From Patellaria atrata CBS 101060 (Eukaryota), in NCBI GenBank assembly GCA_010093705.1, contig MU006091.1, forward strand, positions 1,674,001 to 1,738,000: 64,000 nt of DNA. The letters are read 5' to 3'. The translations under genes and the position numbers were made by a program. Below are positions 61,677 to 64,000 of this stretch, piece by piece. Numbering within the stretch: the stretch's first letter is position 1; every line of letters starts with the position of its first letter. The notes under the pieces were generated by a model, which saw nothing but the letters and a program-made list of their open reading frames with translations, was not told the origin of the DNA and ran no database searches.

Positions 61677-62879
61677 TCAATCACTATCATCATCGCTTCC
61701 ATATCCAACCAAGGGCCCTGAAGGTTTCTGGACTGGCTGTGACGTTGAGAATTTCACTGGCGTTCCCAACATCTGGTTCTTCAGAGTTGCTAGAACGGAA
61801 CCTGACAATATGCCACCATTTTCTATTGCCTGAGGCTCCTTGATTTCATACTCTCTCCCAGCATTGCTCTCCTCAATCATCAATAACTGCTCATCAGTGA
61901 GTGCTTCACCATCCCCATGCTCTAACGCAGCCTTTTCTTTGGCATACCAAACATCATCCGAAGCTTCGTAGCCTTGCAATCCAAAACTACCTTCGATCTT
62001 CCGCCGCTTCTTCTGTTCGGGGTCTCGTCCTTCAATCTCAGCGACGTAGTCTGCGGGTAGTGCTCTTCTTATGGCTTCAGCGGCCTGCTCTTCTATCTTT
62101 CTCGCCTCTCTCTTTTGCGCCTGCGGGTTTGGATCTACTGTCGCCCATCGCACATTAAGGACTTCATTATGATCTAGCGCTTGATGGGCCATGGCCTCTT
62201 TCGCAAACTGTGAATTCGCTTCGTTGGTGTAGGTTACGAATGCAACACCACGTGCATTCAGAACGCGTATACGGTCTACTTGGCCCCATTCTTGAAAATG
62301 GCGGGCGACGATTTCTTCGATATCGTCAGTTACATGGATACGACCTACGTATAGCGTGCGATTTTGTCTCATAAAGCTGCCCACACCTCCCATATCATCC
62401 CGGTAGTCGCTGTGCTTGTCGCGCCCGAAGCAGTCGACGTTCGGATTGTATAGATCATGAAGGCCTGGTAGCCTGTGCAGATATTCGCATTCCTGACCCT
62501 TGGGACATAAGCCCCGCGCGAAGAACAGACAAAAGTAGCTTCCGGGTACACGGTCTGCACGGGTGTAACCGCTGTCGCGAGCAATGTTACAGCGTGAGGG
62601 AGCCGCAGTTTTTGAAATGTATTTGTCTTCACGATCGCCGCCCGACCATTTGTTATACCAGATATTGAAGATGGTACCAGTTTGTGGCGGAGGTTCGGAT
62701 TTGAAAGTACTGGGATCGACTTGAGGACGAGCCGGGCGCCTCTTTTTGCGGATGATCTTCTTAACTTTCTTCTCTGGGTTGGTGGTTGTAAGAGCGGTTG
62801 ATGGAGGTGGTGAAGCGGTTTCAGGGAGCGGAGATGTCGTTGATGTGGGAAGTACGGGAACTGCCTCTACTTCAGCCAT
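61677..62879 (-). CDS. CWC2: Pre-mRNA splicing factor Cwc2 (Torus/CCCH zinc finger + RRM)
   Basis: RPARPQ, FNIWYNKWSGG, CLFFARGLCPKGQECEYLH, DCFGRDKHSDYRDDMGGVGSF, AQFAKEAM-like NSQFAKEAM, LNVRWA. Confidence 0.97.
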   Translation of the reverse strand: MAEVEAVPVLPTSTTSPLPETASPPPSTALTTTNPEKKVKKIIRKKRRPARPQVDPSTFKSEPPPQTGTIFNIWYNKWSGGDREDKYISKTAAPSRCNIARDSGYTRADRVPGSYFCLFFARGLCPKGQECEYLHRLPGLHDLYNPNVDCFGRDKHSDYRDDMGGVGSFMRQNRTLYVGRIHVTDDIEEIVARHFQEWGQVDRIRVLNARGVAFVTYTNEANSQFAKEAMAHQALDHNEVLNVRWATVDPNPQAQKREARKIEEQAAEAIRRALPADYVAEIEGRDPEQKKRRKIEGSFGLQGYEASDDVWYAKEKAALEHGDGEALTDEQLLMIEESNAGREYEIKEPQAIENGGILSGSVLATLKNQMLGTPVKFSTSQPVQKPSGPLVGYGSDDDSD

Positions 62880-64000
62880 GATGGAAGAAATCGGTTTTGT
62901 TGGGAGAGAGGGTGAGAGACGCGTTGGTTATTATTTGGTATATCTTTCAAAATTTAAAGCTTTGATGCGTTCAGTCGAACTGTCGAATCATGATATGGCC
63001 CGTGCGCAGTAGACCAGCAAAAACCCTAGGCTTATTACAGGTAGCTTAGAACACTATAAATATCATATTCCTAATTTTATAAGTATGTAAGTATGAAATC
63101 AGTCCAATACGCTCTATAAAGCCCTTTTTGATATAATCCACATAGACCGACATGTAAATATACTCAAAGAGATTTTTAGAACTACTGCCCTGTACTCTTA
63201 TAGAACCTTTTTTAGGACCAGAGATATGTGTTTTCTTTTTGCTTGCATACATACATATGTCTCCCATTTGATCCCTCTTGATCGCATTTGAACACCCAAC
63301 ATACCCAGGTGACGGTGGTGGCCCTATCATTGGAATAGTAACTCGCGAGAGACTGTAAATAAGGTACTTATGAAGGGAAGCGGAATCAAAGTACTGTGCC
63401 ATCTGTCCTAAGCAAGAAGTGCTCAAAGTGATAGAGAAACATATTAGAAGGTAGCTAAAAACCTAAGTCAAGAGTGAGTTGCTGCAATACGGCTTTGTAG
63501 ACGGTTTTAGCGTACAAAAAGGCGCGCACTGCTTGTTATATCAATCTCCATGGTGACGACAAGAACCATTTCGTCGCTTATAGATATCCTTGAGCCACTT
63601 CTAAACTAGTATTAGTTTCTTCGGCTGTAGTTAGATCATGAGCACCATCAATTACTTGGAAGCGAAATATGTTACCCGTTCAAGAGCTAAAGTGTGGGCT
63701 TATGAGAAAATTCCAGTCCTCTCTCCAGAGAGACGTCCACCATTTGTGTAGAGCATATCTTGAGGCCTGTGAAGGACGTGAACCATTTCCTGTTGCGGAT
63801 ACCGTGGGTGGTTTCCTTTGCTCGGGATGGTTCTTACAGTACCACATTGATTCTCCCTGAGCAGTTTGCTGGATGGTTCGCACTGTGGGTTTCCTCTTAT
63901 ACCTATTCATCTGTACCGCTCTTTCTAGGGTGAACGCCTTTCTCTATACCCCTGGGGTATTATCTCGTCTGCATCTCGAGGTGATATTTGAAGGTGTTTC

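Noticed and set aside
57821..62879. Functional clustering of the intron-bearing tRNA with PTH1 and splicing factor CWC2
   Set aside because: Suggestive, but adjacency of housekeeping genes in a compact fungal genome is expected by chance.
1..64000. CRISPR arrays, rRNA, intact transposons, and the many short antisense ORFs in the track
   Set aside because: No repeat-spacer array, rRNA or transposase/RT motifs were seen. The short ORFs are shadows of real genes or start at non-ATG codons.

Overview
Gene-dense genomic DNA of a filamentous ascomycete fungus: short GT-AG introns with CTAAC/CTGAC branch sites, and possibly a dothideomycete, though that cannot be settled from the sequence alone. 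About 19 protein genes are supported: an AA8-AA12 cytochrome/PQQ-type sugar dehydrogenase, a siderophore-iron MFS transporter with SreA-type GATA sites, a Mei2-like RRM protein, SEC15, HSH49/SF3B4, an APH-family kinase, HTD2-like, PHA2, SUP45/eRF1, AVT1-like, an EthD-like barrel, a hydrolase-NACHT-ankyrin NLR-like gene, DUF6601-like, FLX1-like, PTH1, CWC2 and several hypotheticals. The top finding is a tRNA-Thr(AGT) gene at 59617-59768. Besides a normal 37/38 tRNA intron, its D-arm is interrupted by a 58-nt sequence with all the hallmarks of a spliceosomal intron (GTAATT...CTAAC...CAG), and removing it exactly restores the cloverleaf. The second finding is that eRF1 ends in a leaky UGA-CGG context followed by an in-frame extension and two predicted 3'UTR introns, the geometry of a readthrough/NMD autoregulatory switch. 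All exon boundaries were inferred by eye, and family assignments come from recognised motifs, not database searches.
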